A program made the position numbers and the translations under genes. The notes under the pieces are model-generated. The model had not been told where the DNA came from and did no database searches. It was given only the letters and a program-made list of their open reading frames with translations. This document shows positions 1-12,100 of a DNA stretch of 64,000 nt, piece after piece. The DNA comes from Blastocladiella emersonii ATCC 22665 (Eukaryota > Fungi > Blastocladiomycota), in NCBI GenBank assembly GCA_025594325.1, contig JANHCV010000009.1:1116001-1180000 (forward strand), given 5' to 3'. Within the stretch, counting starts at the first letter, position 1. The number at the start of each line of letters is the position of its first letter.

Positions 1-397
1 TTGGTCGGTTTCGACGGGTGTCTCGTGAGCACGTACCCGATGAGCACGCTCAGCGCGCCCAGCGGCGTCACCAGGATCGCCGGCGCGTACGTGTACGCCG
101 CAAAGTTGGCCGCCTCGCCGCACACCACTACACGCACACCCGACCCGTTAGCACACTCGACCCACCCGCAACCCCGCAAAGAAACGTACTGGTCATCATG
201 CCGAGCCACCACTTGGGGTTCTTGAGGTAGCTGTGCGAGTCGCCGGCGGACCCGCCGCCGCGCGAGTGCCGCGCCGCGTCCGTGAGCCCGACCTTGGTCA
301 GCACGAACGACGACCCGATCAGCAGCGCCGACAGGATCGCGAGCGTCAGCCCAATGTACTTTTCGTGCGCCGCCGTGGTCCCGGTTTCTGTTGACAT
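1..397 (-). CDS. NIPA-family magnesium transporter, 5' part (runs off window start); exons 397-190 and 127-~33
   Basis: [23 protein letters not shown]...[13 protein letters not shown], then a GT(189)..AG(128) intron, then [31 protein letters not shown], which is the typical NIPA signature. Confidence 0.9.
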
Positions 398-1056
398 GGT
401 GGCGATGTGTGCGCGAAGAGAGAGTGTCGCGGGAGGGAGGGAGGGTTACAAAACGAGTCGAGTCCAAAGTCGCTACTGGGCCCAGTTCCGGGAGCCACGA
501 TTCATGTGCAGGGGGTTATCTTCTACTAGTAGTGCGTTGCAGAGTCGGCTGCATCAGGTTGCGAAGAGGAAGCGAGAGCGCGGACGTGGAATTCGAGGAC
601 GAGAAGGGCAGGTGGGTGGCTTTTCCGCGCGCGCGCGGCGACGCGTCTCGCACCGCGAACACGTACACATTCACCCGCCGGGTGTCAGAATGTCTCCAAG
701 TCGCCCCTCGGCCTCGCGCGTGTCGCCCGAGCTCAGACTTCGACCGTGGCCACTGATCCGTCGGTACAGATATCCACCTGGCAGGCCCACCTTGGCTGCC
801 GAGGAAATCGATGGCTCGCAGCGAGAAAACACGCGCCGCGGCGCGTCTCGCAGCAACGAAACGCGACGCGACGCGTGGTCACCTGAGCGCGTGACCATGG
901 GTGATGTCACCGCGCGGGTCGGCCGGCAACGCGTTCCGCTCTTCTCGCGCGTGCTTCAAGAGCTCCGCGTGGGGCGCTCTTGTCGCCACCGCCGTCGATC
1001 CTCTCTCTCGCAAGACGACGGAACGAAACCGAATGAATTGCTGCATGCACTAAGAA

Positions 1057-3208
1057 ATGGCGACCGAGACCCAAACCGCGACCGCGTCCCTCACGCTCAC
1101 CAACAAGGCGACGGGGCAGGCCGTGACGGTCCCGATTGACCCGACGCACAACGTCGTGGTCGCCGCCCACATCAAGCCACTGCTCGTCACCCCCGAGAAT
1201 CCGCCGCCCGCGTCCGAGGCGGATAAGGTCGGGCTCATGTTCTACGGTCCGCTGCTTACCGCGCCCGCAACCGCTCCACGGACCGCACCCTAACCACCGC
1301 ACCACGAAAACAGACGCCGGGTTCACCAACACGGTGGCGTGCCGGTCCAAGATCTCCGAGGTGGGCGGGCAGACGGGCGGGCTGACGTACCGCGGGTATG
1401 CGATCGAGGACCTGACGGCGCACGCGAGCTTCACCGAGGTGGCGTACCTGCTCATCTACGGCGAGCTGCCGAACCGCGCCCAGTTCGACAAGTGGCAGCG
1501 CCAGCTGCTGCGCCACACGTACCTGCACCGCGAGCTCGAGCGCCAGCTGCAGACGTTCCGCTGGGACTCGCACCCGATGGGCATGCTGATCGCCGGCCTC
1601 GCCTCGCTCTCCACCTTTCACCCGGAGGCCAACCCGGCGCTCGTCGGCGACGCCCTCTACGTGTCCGGCCCGCGCGAGCAGTACCTCGAGTACTACAAGG
1701 TCGGTACGCTGCAGTCCGCGGCCCCGTCGCCCGCCGAGGTCCGCGACTACGTCCGCACCAAGCAGGTCTACCGCATCCTCGGCAAGCTGCCCACCATCGC
1801 CGCCAACGTGTACCGCCACCGCGAGGGCCGCCCCTACAACCACCCGATGCCGAACCCGCGCAGCTACACGGAGAATTTCCTGTACATGATCGACCGCCTC
1901 AACGAGGACGACTACGTGCCCGACCCGGAGCTCGTGGCGGTCCTCGACAAGGCCTTCATCCTGCTCGCCGAGCACGGGTCGTCGTGCTCGACCATCGCCA
2001 TGCGCCACCTCATCTCGTCGGGCGTCGACCCCTTCACCGCGCTGTCGGGCGCCTGCGGCACGCTGTTCGGCGAGCGCAAGGCGTCCGAGGTCGTGCGCAT
2101 GCTCGAGGAGATCGGGTCCGTCGAAAAGATCGACGCGTACCTGACCGCCGTCAAGCGCAAGAAGTCGATTGTCCCGACCGTCTCGCGCGCGACCACCGCG
2201 GTCCCGACCTTCGAGTCGCCCCGCGGCATCCCCGCGCCCTCGGGCCCAACGCTCCTGCAGGGGTTCGGCCACCGCGTCGTCAAGGGCACCGACCCGCGCG
2301 TCAAGCTCATGAAGGACCTGACGCTGCAGACGTTCAAGCACATCCACGGCGCCGACCCGTACTCCCCCTCCAACCACCTCGTGTACCTGGCGCTCGAGCT
2401 CGAGTCCCGCGCGCTCGCCGACGAGTACTTTGCGTCGCGCAAGCTCGGCGTCAACATCGACTACTGGACCGCGATCCTCCTGCACACGTTCGGGTTCCCG
2501 AAAGACATGTTCGCGGTGCTCCTGGCCATCCCGCGCAGCGTCGGGTACCTCGCCCACGCGCTCGAGTCCGTCGACGACAAGGAGTACAAGATCTTCCGCC
2601 CGCGCCAGGTGTACCACGGCGACACCCTGCGCGCGTACGTGCCCCTGCACGAGCGCGCCACGGGGGACGCCGAGTCGGTACACGACGCCCTCGCCGCCGT
2701 CTCGGTCCGGTCCAACCCCGCGGCGCAGCTCCGCCGGTCCCTCAACGAGGCCACCACGCTCCGCGAGGTCAACGCCCTCATCGAGCAGACCCGCGCGTCG
2801 ATTACCCAGATCACCCAGGACCTCAGCGGCGCGCTCGAGGCCACGGGCGGCGACCGCGCTGTCTCGCCTCCTTCGCCCGCGCCTGCTGGGTCCGCGTCGC
2901 CGCCCGGCAGCAACCGCCCGACGCCGCGCCTCCTCCGCCGCCTGCTGTCGACGCTGCAGCGGCCCGCTCAACCCGCCGCCGCGGCGATCCCCGAACCCGC
3001 GTCGCCGACGGGCAGCGCCCGCAACCTGATGCCCGAGGAGCAGGTGTCGCAGCTCGAGAACCTGCCCGAGCGGCTCAACGCGAGCCAGGCCGAGCTCCGC
3101 GAGCTGCTCGACGTGCAGCGCGAGCTGCTCAAGATGCAGGCCAATCTCAAGGCCGGACAGCATATCTCGGACTCGGTCGATCTCGCGGCGTTCGAGCGGC
3201 TCAAGTAG
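1057..3208 (+). CDS. Citrate synthase-like protein (plant/peroxisomal type) with C-terminal coiled-coil extension; intron 1247-1313
   Basis: Spliced MFY|DAGFTNTVACRSKIS, LTYRGYAIEDL, FRWDSHPMGML, GFGHRV..TDPR, NIDYW, IPRSVGY, FRPRQVYHG. The 67-nt intron has a CCCTAAC branch point. The GPxHGGAN motif is absent (see findings). Confidence 0.9.
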
Positions 3209-3285
3209 AGGCGGTGTTGGTGATGGAGATACAGTTTTGATTGATGTACAGACGCGCTGTGACTTGCTGCACTCGACGGCGAACC

Positions 3286-4128
3286 ATGAGCTCTCATGTC
3301 GTGTACCAAGCGGGCACCGAGCCGCGGTGCCTCGTCGTCCTCCCGGGCCTCCTCACGTCCGCGCGCGCGTCGGCCAAGATCCAGCGGCTCGAGCTCGAGG
3401 CCGTCAAGCGTACGCCTCTCCGCCCTTCGGCGCACCGCCATCCATCCCTCACCACGCGAGCGCGCGTAGGCAACTGGCACTTCCTGACCCTCGACTACTA
3501 CGGGTGCTTCACGCACGCCGGGTCGCTGTGGTCCGGCGTCCGCCGCGTCTCGCGCGCGCCTGACGGGATCTCGATTGACCGCTGGGCCGACGACATCGTG
3601 GACGCGTTCCAAGCACTCCCGGTCACGCGCGAGATGGAACTCACGGTCGTCGGGCTCTCCATGGGGTTCAGCCTGTACCTGACCGCGGCGCCGCGGATCT
3701 GGTCCGGGCGCGACCGCGCGGCGGCGGGCGTGCACCTCGTGGGCGTCGGCGCGTCGCCCGACCCGCGGGCGCGGTGGCGGGCATGCGAACGCGGGGATGA
3801 CGACGGGTACGTTGTGGTCCCGTCCGAGTACGCGCCCGGCGGGGAAGGGTTTCCGCTGCCGAGGTCGCTCGTCGCGGGGGCGTGGACCGCGGAACGGGTG
3901 GCGGAGGGAGCGCCGAGGCACCGGGTCACGCTGGTCCATGGCGATGCGGACGCGACGGTGGCGTTGGAACGGGCGAGAGAGGAGCTGCCGCGCGGGGTCG
4001 CGGGGGTGCTCGGCGAGGAAGTGGGGGCGGGGTGCGGGTGGGTCGTGGTGCCGCGCGGCGACCATCGGCTGAGCAAGAAGGAAGAGCTCGATGTGCTCTG
4101 CCGCGTCGTCTTTCAAGATGAAGAGTGA
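3286..4128 (+). CDS. Alpha/beta hydrolase, ABHD10-like
   Basis: Nucleophile elbow GLSMG, acid in VHGDADATV, His in GDHRLS; N-terminal LVVLPG and LDYYG motifs. Confidence 0.75.
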   Translation: MSSHVVYQAGTEPRCLVVLPGLLTSARASAKIQRLELEAVKRTPLRPSAHRHPSLTTRARVGNWHFLTLDYYGCFTHAGSLWSGVRRVSRAPDGISIDRWADDIVDAFQALPVTREMELTVVGLSMGFSLYLTAAPRIWSGRDRAAAGVHLVGVGASPDPRARWRACERGDDDGYVVVPSEYAPGGEGFPLPRSLVAGAWTAERVAEGAPRHRVTLVHGDADATVALERAREELPRGVAGVLGEEVGAGCGWVVVPRGDHRLSKKEELDVLCRVVFQDEE

Positions 4129-4156
4129 TGTAAATATACAGATGGTTTGCTCAATC

Positions 4157-6026
4157 TCAGTACTCACACTCGCGGCGCTTGATAAACTTGCGGCGGTCCA
4201 TGAGCTTCCCGTGCGTCTCGTCCCACGCGTACAGGGCGACAGCACACACGACAGCCGTCGCGGACACGCCAACGAACAGGTACCCGGTCGAGTCAAAGTT
4301 CCCGCTCGAACTCATCAGCGCCGCGATCACCAGCGGGACCACCGCCAGCGACAGGTTGAGCGCCACGACCGTCGCGCCGTACGCCGTGCCCAGCAGGCGG
4401 CCGGGCACGAGCAGCGGGACGCACGTCCACAGGCTCCCCGAGTACGCGGCCGCGCCGAATCCCAACAAAAGGACGCCGACGAGGGGTGGGACCGAGGTCC
4501 AGAAGAGCAGGATGTGCGCGAGGAGGAGAAGGGAGGCGGAGAGCGGGAGCACGATGGCTGGGTTGTTGAGACGGTCGACAGCCGCGCCCAGGACGGGAGC
4601 GCCGATGGCCGTCACCAGGTCCGGAATGCCCATCAGCGTCCCCGCGCGCTGCAGGTCGTTCGGGTACCACCGCGCCTGCATGACTACGGATGAGGGAGCG
4701 GACGGCGTTAGCGTGTGCTCGTCAAGTGGCGGAGCGAGGGCAGAACGCACAGTCGGACGCAATGTGCACGAACGGCGCGACCGACGCCGCGAGGAACACG
4801 GTGAGCGCGACGAGGATCCAGAATGCGACGGGGAACGGCATTGCGGCGCGGAGGCATCCGACGGCCTTATCGCTCGCCTCCTCGTCCTCGTCGTCGTCGC
4901 TATCGCGCACAGTCACGCGGTCGCCGTCGCCCATGAGCGGCCGCGCATTGATCAGCGTGTCGGCCTCGGTCCCGACCACCGTATCGGCGACGACCGACGG
5001 GGCCGTCGTGGCCCGCTGCTTGAACGCGTCCGTCGTCGTCGACGCCGCGACCGTCGAGCCGTCCGTCACCTCGGTCGGGACCGCGGCGGCGGCAGCGGCC
5101 GGTACCACGTCGGCGGACGCCGATGCGGCAACAATCGAGCTCGGGTCCAGCAGCGACTCGACGTCGACCTCGGGCAGCGCCTCGTCCGACTCGGGCATCG
5201 CGCCGGCGTGCACGCGGCGCGCGTCCGTGTCGTAGCGGCACAGCACGATAGCCGCGACGAGCGACGCGAGGCACAGGGCCATCCCCAGAGCCGCAGCGGC
5301 GCCCGGCCCGCGGGTCCACAGCGCGAATCCCTCGAGTTCCGTGAGCACCGCGCTGCCCTGGGTCAGCTCCGAGAGCCGCGGCGAGATGGACGTCTGCGCG
5401 GACCCCGACACGCGGCACGCCATGACGAGGACGCCGATGCACAGCGACAGGTGCCGCGTGTCCTGGAAGTAGATGGTGCCGACCATGGTCGCGGCGATGT
5501 CGAGGGCCTCGCCGCCGAACCCGCTGAGCACGCGCGCGACGAGCAAGGTGGGGAACGATTTCTCGCCCGTGCCCGCCCAGTACAGCGCGTTGGCGACGAA
5601 GATGGTCGACGCGAAGACCAGGATCATGCGGTGCGTGCCGAACCGGTCGCACAGGTACCCCGCGATGACCGGCAGAACGAGGTTCGGGACCGAGTACACC
5701 GTGTACAGGATGTTCAGCTGCCACTGCCACGCCTCGAACGTCGCGCCCAGCAGCTCGCGCAGCTGTGAGCTCAGGGACTAGACACATGCGCGAGAGTCAC
5801 CCGTTCGGGGACGCTGTGATCAGAATGCTGATCCGACGAACGAGGCGGCTCGGAAAAACGCCAATGGGCTGGCGTAGCGCAACGCGAGACGTACCCCGGG
5901 CAGGTCGATGCAGTAAAAGTTGCCGACGAGCATCGCCGCGCACAGGAACAGCACGACGCCGTGCGCCAGCGTCAGGTCGCGCCCGACGCGCGGCGTGAGG
6001 GTCGGCGATGGGCCTCCTGCGGTCAT
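4157..6026 (-). CDS. MFS transporter, MFSD1-like, paralog 1 (3 exons)
   Basis: About 12 TM segments after splicing: GNFYCIDLPG|SLSSQLRELLG..LNILYTVYSVPNLVLPVIAGYLCDRFG, GFGGEA, FVHIASD|FMQARWYP, WTCVPLLVP..LGTAYG. Confidence 0.85.
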
Positions 6027-6235
6027 GGCTTCGAGGGATGGGTTGTTCGTGATGCGTTCCAGACGACGTCGGCGGGTCCCTGCTTCTTTTTGTAGACGCG
6101 CGACGCCAGGGACGGCAGGGGCGAGCGAGGCCGCGCCTGTCCGCGACCCGGCGGAGTCACGGCTCGCGTGACCGCGACGTGAGACGTGCGTCGTGCTTGT
6201 TCATGTGGCGCCGCGGCTTGCCGCAGGTCGGTCCG

Positions 6236-7250
6236 ATGGCCAAGCCGATGACATCGACATCGACAGTTCATGAGCTTGTTGCTAATTTTTACGTCGGGCA
6301 CCTGAAGGCCGTTCCAGCGGCTCGGCGTGAGGACTTGAGTCCGCCGCAGCGCTCGCCAACTCACGTCACGTGTTTTTCGAACGCGTCTCGCGTCTGTCTC
6401 GTGCCTGCTCGGGCAATGAAGTGGCCGACGCGCTCGCCAACGAGGGCGCCGCCGCGCATCTACCGCCGTGGATCGCGGCCGCTGTTCGTGTGCATCCAGA
6501 CGCATCCTTCACAGTGCACCGGCGCGGCTGCGACCTCAACTCGGACCCGAGGCGCGCTCTCCGCCGCTTGCACGGCGCGCGACACGACTCGCTGCTCGCC
6601 TTGATCGCGGCCGCTGGTATCGCGCCCGCGCCCGTCAACGTCCCAGCCCTCACCACCGCGCTTCGGGGCGGCCCGCGCCGCGCCCGCCCGAGCGAGCCCC
6701 TCGCTGTGAACTCGCTCCTGAGCTTCAATTCAAGCTCCGCGCACTCACGGGGCAGCTGCCGACCCGCGCCCATCTACACCAGTTCTGCGCGCACCGCTAC
6801 GAGTTGCCCAGCTGTGCCGAATGCCTCAAGACTGGTGTCAAGGTCGCCGACACACAGACGCACGCGTTCGCGTGCCCCGCTTCGCATGCTCTCGTCCCCC
6901 CGCGGCGCTCAACGACCCCGCTTCCCGCATTGGCAACGCCTCTTTCGCGGCGGCCTCGGATCCAGCGTCGCCGGCTCGCTCGCCAAGCAGCTACTCAACC
7001 CGAACCGCATCAAACGCGACGCGGCCGCCGTCGTGGACGCGCCGCTCGTCGCGCGGTTCAAGCACATGTACGGCCACCTGCGCGAGCTCATCAACCCACG
7101 TCTCGCGCTCCCCGCCACGACGGCCATCGCCTCGAACGCCTTTCAGGAGTACTCGTTCAAAGTCGAAGATCGATGTCAGGTTAGTCGACGCGCGTATCTC
7201 GCGACGGTTACTGTCTAGCAGGGGGGTGGTGGCGCAGAAGTGGGAGACAT
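6236..7250 (+). mobile_element. 5'-truncated, frameshifted non-LTR retrotransposon remnant (RNase H plus C-terminal Cys/His domain)
   Basis: Split across frames: STSTVHELVA, LVPA(H)..GNEVADALANEGA (RNase H-like), LNSDPRRAL, FKLRALTGQLPTRAHLHQF..PSCAEC..DTQTHAFACP (LINE C-terminal CCHC-type). An AT-rich tract follows at 7313-7380. Confidence 0.6.
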
Positions 7251-7708
7251 CGGCGCGCCCTCGCTCCAGCTCGCCGCTCACCTCGAAACCGACTCAACAG
7301 GTCGTCGAGTCGTAAAAGTATTATTGGAACTTTAATTAGGAACAGTGGAAACTAATGCATAAGTTGGAGCGCTATAACTCGAATTGGACTAGAGAGCAGG
7401 AAGCGGAGGTCGGAGCGGTCGGTCGGTGACGCGTCTCCCACTGCTGCGCCACCACCCCGCTGCGCCACCCGCTGTGCCACCGCCGTCCAGTCCGGACCTT
7501 CGTTTGGCCGAGTCGAGCTGGCCGTGGAGTCGGAGGAACAAAGACGTCCGAGCTGGGGCTTTACCACCTTGAGCCGTCGCTGGGAGAGTCGTAAAGGCGG
7601 AGGTCGGGGGACGGATATCGGAGAATGTAATGACAGGGAGCTGGAGAACCGGAGGTCGGAGCAAGAAGAGAGTAGTATCAGAATTTTTATTAGGTAGAGT
7701 AAAAGCCA

Positions 7709-8858
7709 TTGCCGGAAGTTGGAGAGGTCGGAGCTACAGCCAGAGTCGGAGAACTCGAGGTTGAGGCGCTTGACTGGTGGCGCGACAAGGCGAGCGCCCC
7801 GTTTCCGCTCACCAAGCACGAGTATTGTGTCAACTGGATCAGCTATACTGGCAAGCTCAATACGCTGCGGTGGTGGAAAACGAACTTTCCCACGCAACTC
7901 CGTTATGACGAGTCGGCGCTGAACGTGGCATCAACAACTGGGCACGTCGCAGTGGTCCATTGGTGGATCTTCGAGTCTGGACTTGAGCTCAAGTATACCA
8001 ACGAGGCGCTCGACCGCGCGTGTGCGTACGGGCACCTGGAAGTTGTTGCGGCATGGTTCGAGTCCGCGTTCGAACTCAAGTACTCGTCTGCTGCGTTCCT
8101 GGCAACGGCGCGGAACGCCGACAAGCTGATCGAGATTCTCAAGCACTGGCAGCTCTCTGGGCAGCCGATCCTGTCCTGGCGGCGGGCACATTGACGACGA
8201 AACCAGACTCGTCAAAGCGGCGTCCAAGCACCGCCGGCTTCGCGTTCTTGGTGATCTGTTTGCCGATCCGCCGCCGCGGCTGGTTACGGTCCTCCGCGAG
8301 CTTGTTTTTGAAGCGATGCGCCGTGGCCGCATCCAAGTGCTCAAGACCTGGCTCCGCTTCGCGCCCCACGATCTCACCTATGACTGGCAAGAGCATAACT
8401 GGGCCGCCGATCATGGCAAGGACAGCACTTGATTGGTGGGACAAAATGGCGAGTCCCAAGTTCCCTTTGGCGCATTACCGGCCGGGCATTGACTGGATCA
8501 GCAGCAACGGGCTAGTCAACGTGCTTCAGTGGTGGAAAACACGCTACCCCAAGACCTTCCAGTACTCGGACGCTGCTCTCGACATGGCATGTTCCTCTGG
8601 ACACATCGGGGTGATTCGATGGTGGCTCCTCTCATCAGGGCTTCCGCTCAAGTACTCGTCCAAGGCATTTTTCACTACCTGAACCGGAACACAGACTCGC
8701 TGGTCGATATTCTCGAGCTCTGGCAGCAATCCGGGCAGCCGATCCTATACACGTCACAGGCGCTCGAGTCGGCGCGCCGTCATCGTGCGGGACGGGTTGT
8801 AAGGTGGTGGCAAGCGAGCGGATTGATCAATAGAACAGCGGCGGCCGCTTGTGAATAA
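7709..8858 (+). pseudogene. Ankyrin-like repeat gene (Trp-rich repeats) with frameshifts near 8175, 8425 and 8680
   Basis: Repeats ALNVASTTGHVAVVHWW, ALDRACAYGHLEVVAAW, ALDMACSSGHIGVIRWW and LKYSSxA / SGQPILY recur. The coding-like bridge 8194-8425 (EAMRRGRIQVLKTW..WAADHGK) is in a different frame. Confidence 0.65.
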
Positions 8859-9147
8859 CAATACCCCTCTGATTAATCAAGCTCTCTCAGAGCATAAGGT
8901 TGTGTATGAAGCCGCGGCTCAAAAACGCTCCTGCCAAAGCGCCGTGCCTGATCATGATCGTCAACGCGATGTTCATCCGCACGTGACGGGCGAGGCTCAC
9001 GTCGACCGCCCTGCCTCTTCGCGCAGTCTGTTGCAGGTTCGCTTCTCGCTCTCAACTCCCCCACGAATTTGAAACGGCAAGTCAGTTGAGTCTCGAGTCA
9101 AGCACCGGGATGTTTATACACTCGTAAAACTCCGCGCCAATTAGCGC

Positions 9148-12100
9148 TCAGTCAAGTTCGACGATACGCGCGTCCAGTCCGTCATCGTCCACCTCGACCG
9201 CCGTGTCGCGCCGCTTTCCGCGGGCCGACGCGACCCCGAACGCCGCCGCGGCCGCGGCGAGCGTGGGCGTGGGCGGCGGCGGCGGGATCGTGACGTGGTA
9301 CTGGGTGCCGTGGACCGGGTAGATGGGCATGAGGTGGCACCGGCTGAGGTGCGGCTGGAGGTGCGAGAAGAAGTGCGCGTCGAGCCCGCAGTCGTTGAAG
9401 ACGCGCTGGTCGGGCGCGGCGCGCGCAATGTGGTCAAAGACGTTGATCAGGCACGAGATGCAGGTGACGGGGATCTCGATGTGCAGGACGCGCGACGCGG
9501 CGCTGCCCGCCCCGCGCACGCGCGGCAACTTGGTCGCGACCATGGACATCATCTCCTCGGACGCGCCCGGCGGCTTGGGCCGGTGGCTGCACCTCGGGGA
9601 CATGAGCGGGTGCGGCATGAAGCTGACGTCGAGGACGGGCGTGTGCGCGCGCGACGCGTCGGCCGGCGGGATCACGGCCATGCGGTTGAGCAGCAGCACG
9701 ACCGAGAGCATCGCGCGGCTCATGCCGGCGAGCGCAAACTCGACGACCCGCACGCCGCGCGCATACGCGTGGAACAGCCGCGCGATCGTGACGCGCAGGA
9801 ACCGCGCCTCTTCGTCGGGCGGCAGAGTCGGGATCGTGTCCTCGCGAAACGTGCGGATGTCGCCGCGGATCCCCTCGACGGCGGCAAACTCCTCGTCCTT
9901 GACAGCGTGCCGCAGTGCGAGAATTGCCGCGTGCTGGTCGGGCCGGCCCATCTTGCCCGCCGCGTACGTGTCCGAGTGGTCGGCGTTGCACGCGATGAGC
10001 GAAAAGTAGTAGCCGGCCTGGTCGAGAATGGGCGACAGGTCCTTGGCGAGGACGAGCTTGACGGTGCCCTGCCGCGGGTGCTGGGTGAGCGACTGGGTGA
10101 CGATGCGGCACGGCAGCATCATGGCCTGCATCTTCCCGCCGACGGTCAGCGCGACGCCGCCGTGCGTCAGCGCCGTCTCCTCCTCGCCCGCGCGAGCGAC
10201 GGGCGCTCGAGCATGAGCAGGCGGAAGCGTCAGCGTGAGCGTTATGGTGTCGGAGGTCTCGACGGCGCTGATGGCGGGCAGAAGCGGGCTCGCCGTCGGC
10301 AGGATCATGCCGTCGTTGTAGCACGCGAAGCGCGTGGCGACGGCGTACTTGGCGACGCTGCTGGTCACCTCGGTGCGCGAGCCGGCGGGCACCTTGGTCG
10401 CGGACACGGATGCGAGGGGTATCGGCTGCTCGTCCGTGGCCGCGAGATGCGCGGGGCCGTGGTCAAAGCGGACGCGAGCGTCGAGGTCGCCCGGGCAAGT
10501 CTCGACAATGAACCGCGGAGCGTACGCCGAGACCCGCACCTGGTCCACGTCGCCGCCGCCGTCACCAAAAGGCTCGACGGTGGGACTGCGGAACTGGTGG
10601 ACGGCAGACCCACACGCGATCTCGAGCACCATGGCGGACAGCGGGTTCACCTCGGCGGCCGAGCTGACGAGAGAGCGGTCGACGAGACCCTCGACGCGGT
10701 ACAGGCGCGTGTCGCCGGCCGTCTCGCCGACGCTGATCGAGAAGCCGTTGAGCTGAGCGTGGGCAAAGATCTCGGCGGTGGACGAGACAATCGAGGAGCT
10801 GGCCGAGATGGCCGACCACAGCTCGCGCACGTCGGGCCACGGCGTCGACGTGAGCTGTTTGGCGCCTGTGAAAGTCAAGCGACACGACGCGAACGCGAGG
10901 GCGAGGAGATCGGACAACAGGGCGCCGGGACCGCGCGGCGCAGCTACACGCTCGATTCGAATGCAACGTGAGATGCGCCCGCTCGAGGAAGCGCAATAAG
11001 AGAACGCACCAGGCAACCCGGTGAGAGCAGCGGCATTCGGACCGCACAACTCCTCGGCGAACTGCACGAGTGTGTCAATCAAGAAAGTTGACTCGCGCAG
11101 CGCAATCGACACGGTCGACGTGGCGAGCCGGTAGAAGGTAAACTCCTCGCGGCTGCGGCCGCCGCGGCGCATCACCTGGCTCGTGCTCCACGCGAGGCGC
11201 GACGCCTGCGTCGCCCAGTGACGGTCCGTGGGTCGCTCGAGCAGATTGACACCCAGCAGCGTCGGGAACGCGTCGAGCGGGAGCGCCGTGACGCGGCGCA
11301 GAAAGTCGAGGCGCGAACCGGCGATCAGGTAGACGTAGTCGGTAAAGGTGCGGATCACCGAGCGGCCCTGCTCCCAGTGGGTCGCGAGCAGCGGCGACGC
11401 GTGGACCAGCAGGTTGAGGAGGCCGCACGTGTCCATGAGGCTGCCCGTCTCAATCACGTTGAACCGCAGCTGCGTCGACTCGTGCTGGTTGCGGTGCCAA
11501 TGGAATTGCACCGGCTGCGGCGGATGGTCGAGCTGCGCGTGCGTCGTAAGCTTCTTCATGACGTCGACGGGATCCCCGGCGATGACGGCGATGCGGCACA
11601 TGAAGGCTGCGACGGGCGGCTCCGGCTGCTCCTTCCAGCGAGAGACGGGAATCAGCGGGCCGGGGTCGCGGCGGCGCTCGTGGCGACGGTCGCTGCAGGG
11701 ACCAAACGCCTCGAATAACGAGTCGACGTACGCGCAAAGCTCGCGCAGCATGCTGCCATTGACGTCGTCGAGCTCGACCTGGAACACGTTGAGCGGCGAA
11801 AAGGCGAACGGAGCCGAGAACGACAGCGTGCCGTCCGGCCCGGCGAGAAGCATGGTCAGGTTAACCTCGAGGTCGTCGCGGCCACAAGGCTCGTCCGTCC
11901 CAGTGAAGAGGAAAGCGCCGTCATTGAGGAGCAAGCGAAGGTCGCGCTCCAGCTTTACCTTCTGCGCGCCGCTGGGAAACTTGTCGCCGTAGGTGCGACG
12001 CGCGTTCGCCATGAAATCGTCAACGGTAATCTGTACGTGGTCGGGACCGTCGTCGTCACAACCACGTGCAAAGTGTGCGGTGCGCTCCTGGGAAAGCTTC

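Noticed and set aside
3190-3208. Peroxisomal targeting signal on the CS-like protein
   Set aside because: The C-terminus is RLK, not an SKL-type tripeptide, and no clear PTS2 is seen.
1256-3240. Long alternative-frame and antisense ORFs over CS (likewise 9295-10971, 17731-19335, 57491-58573 and others)
   Set aside because: These are shadow ORFs expected from extreme GC3 bias. They have no protein motifs, and the real genes are in other frames.
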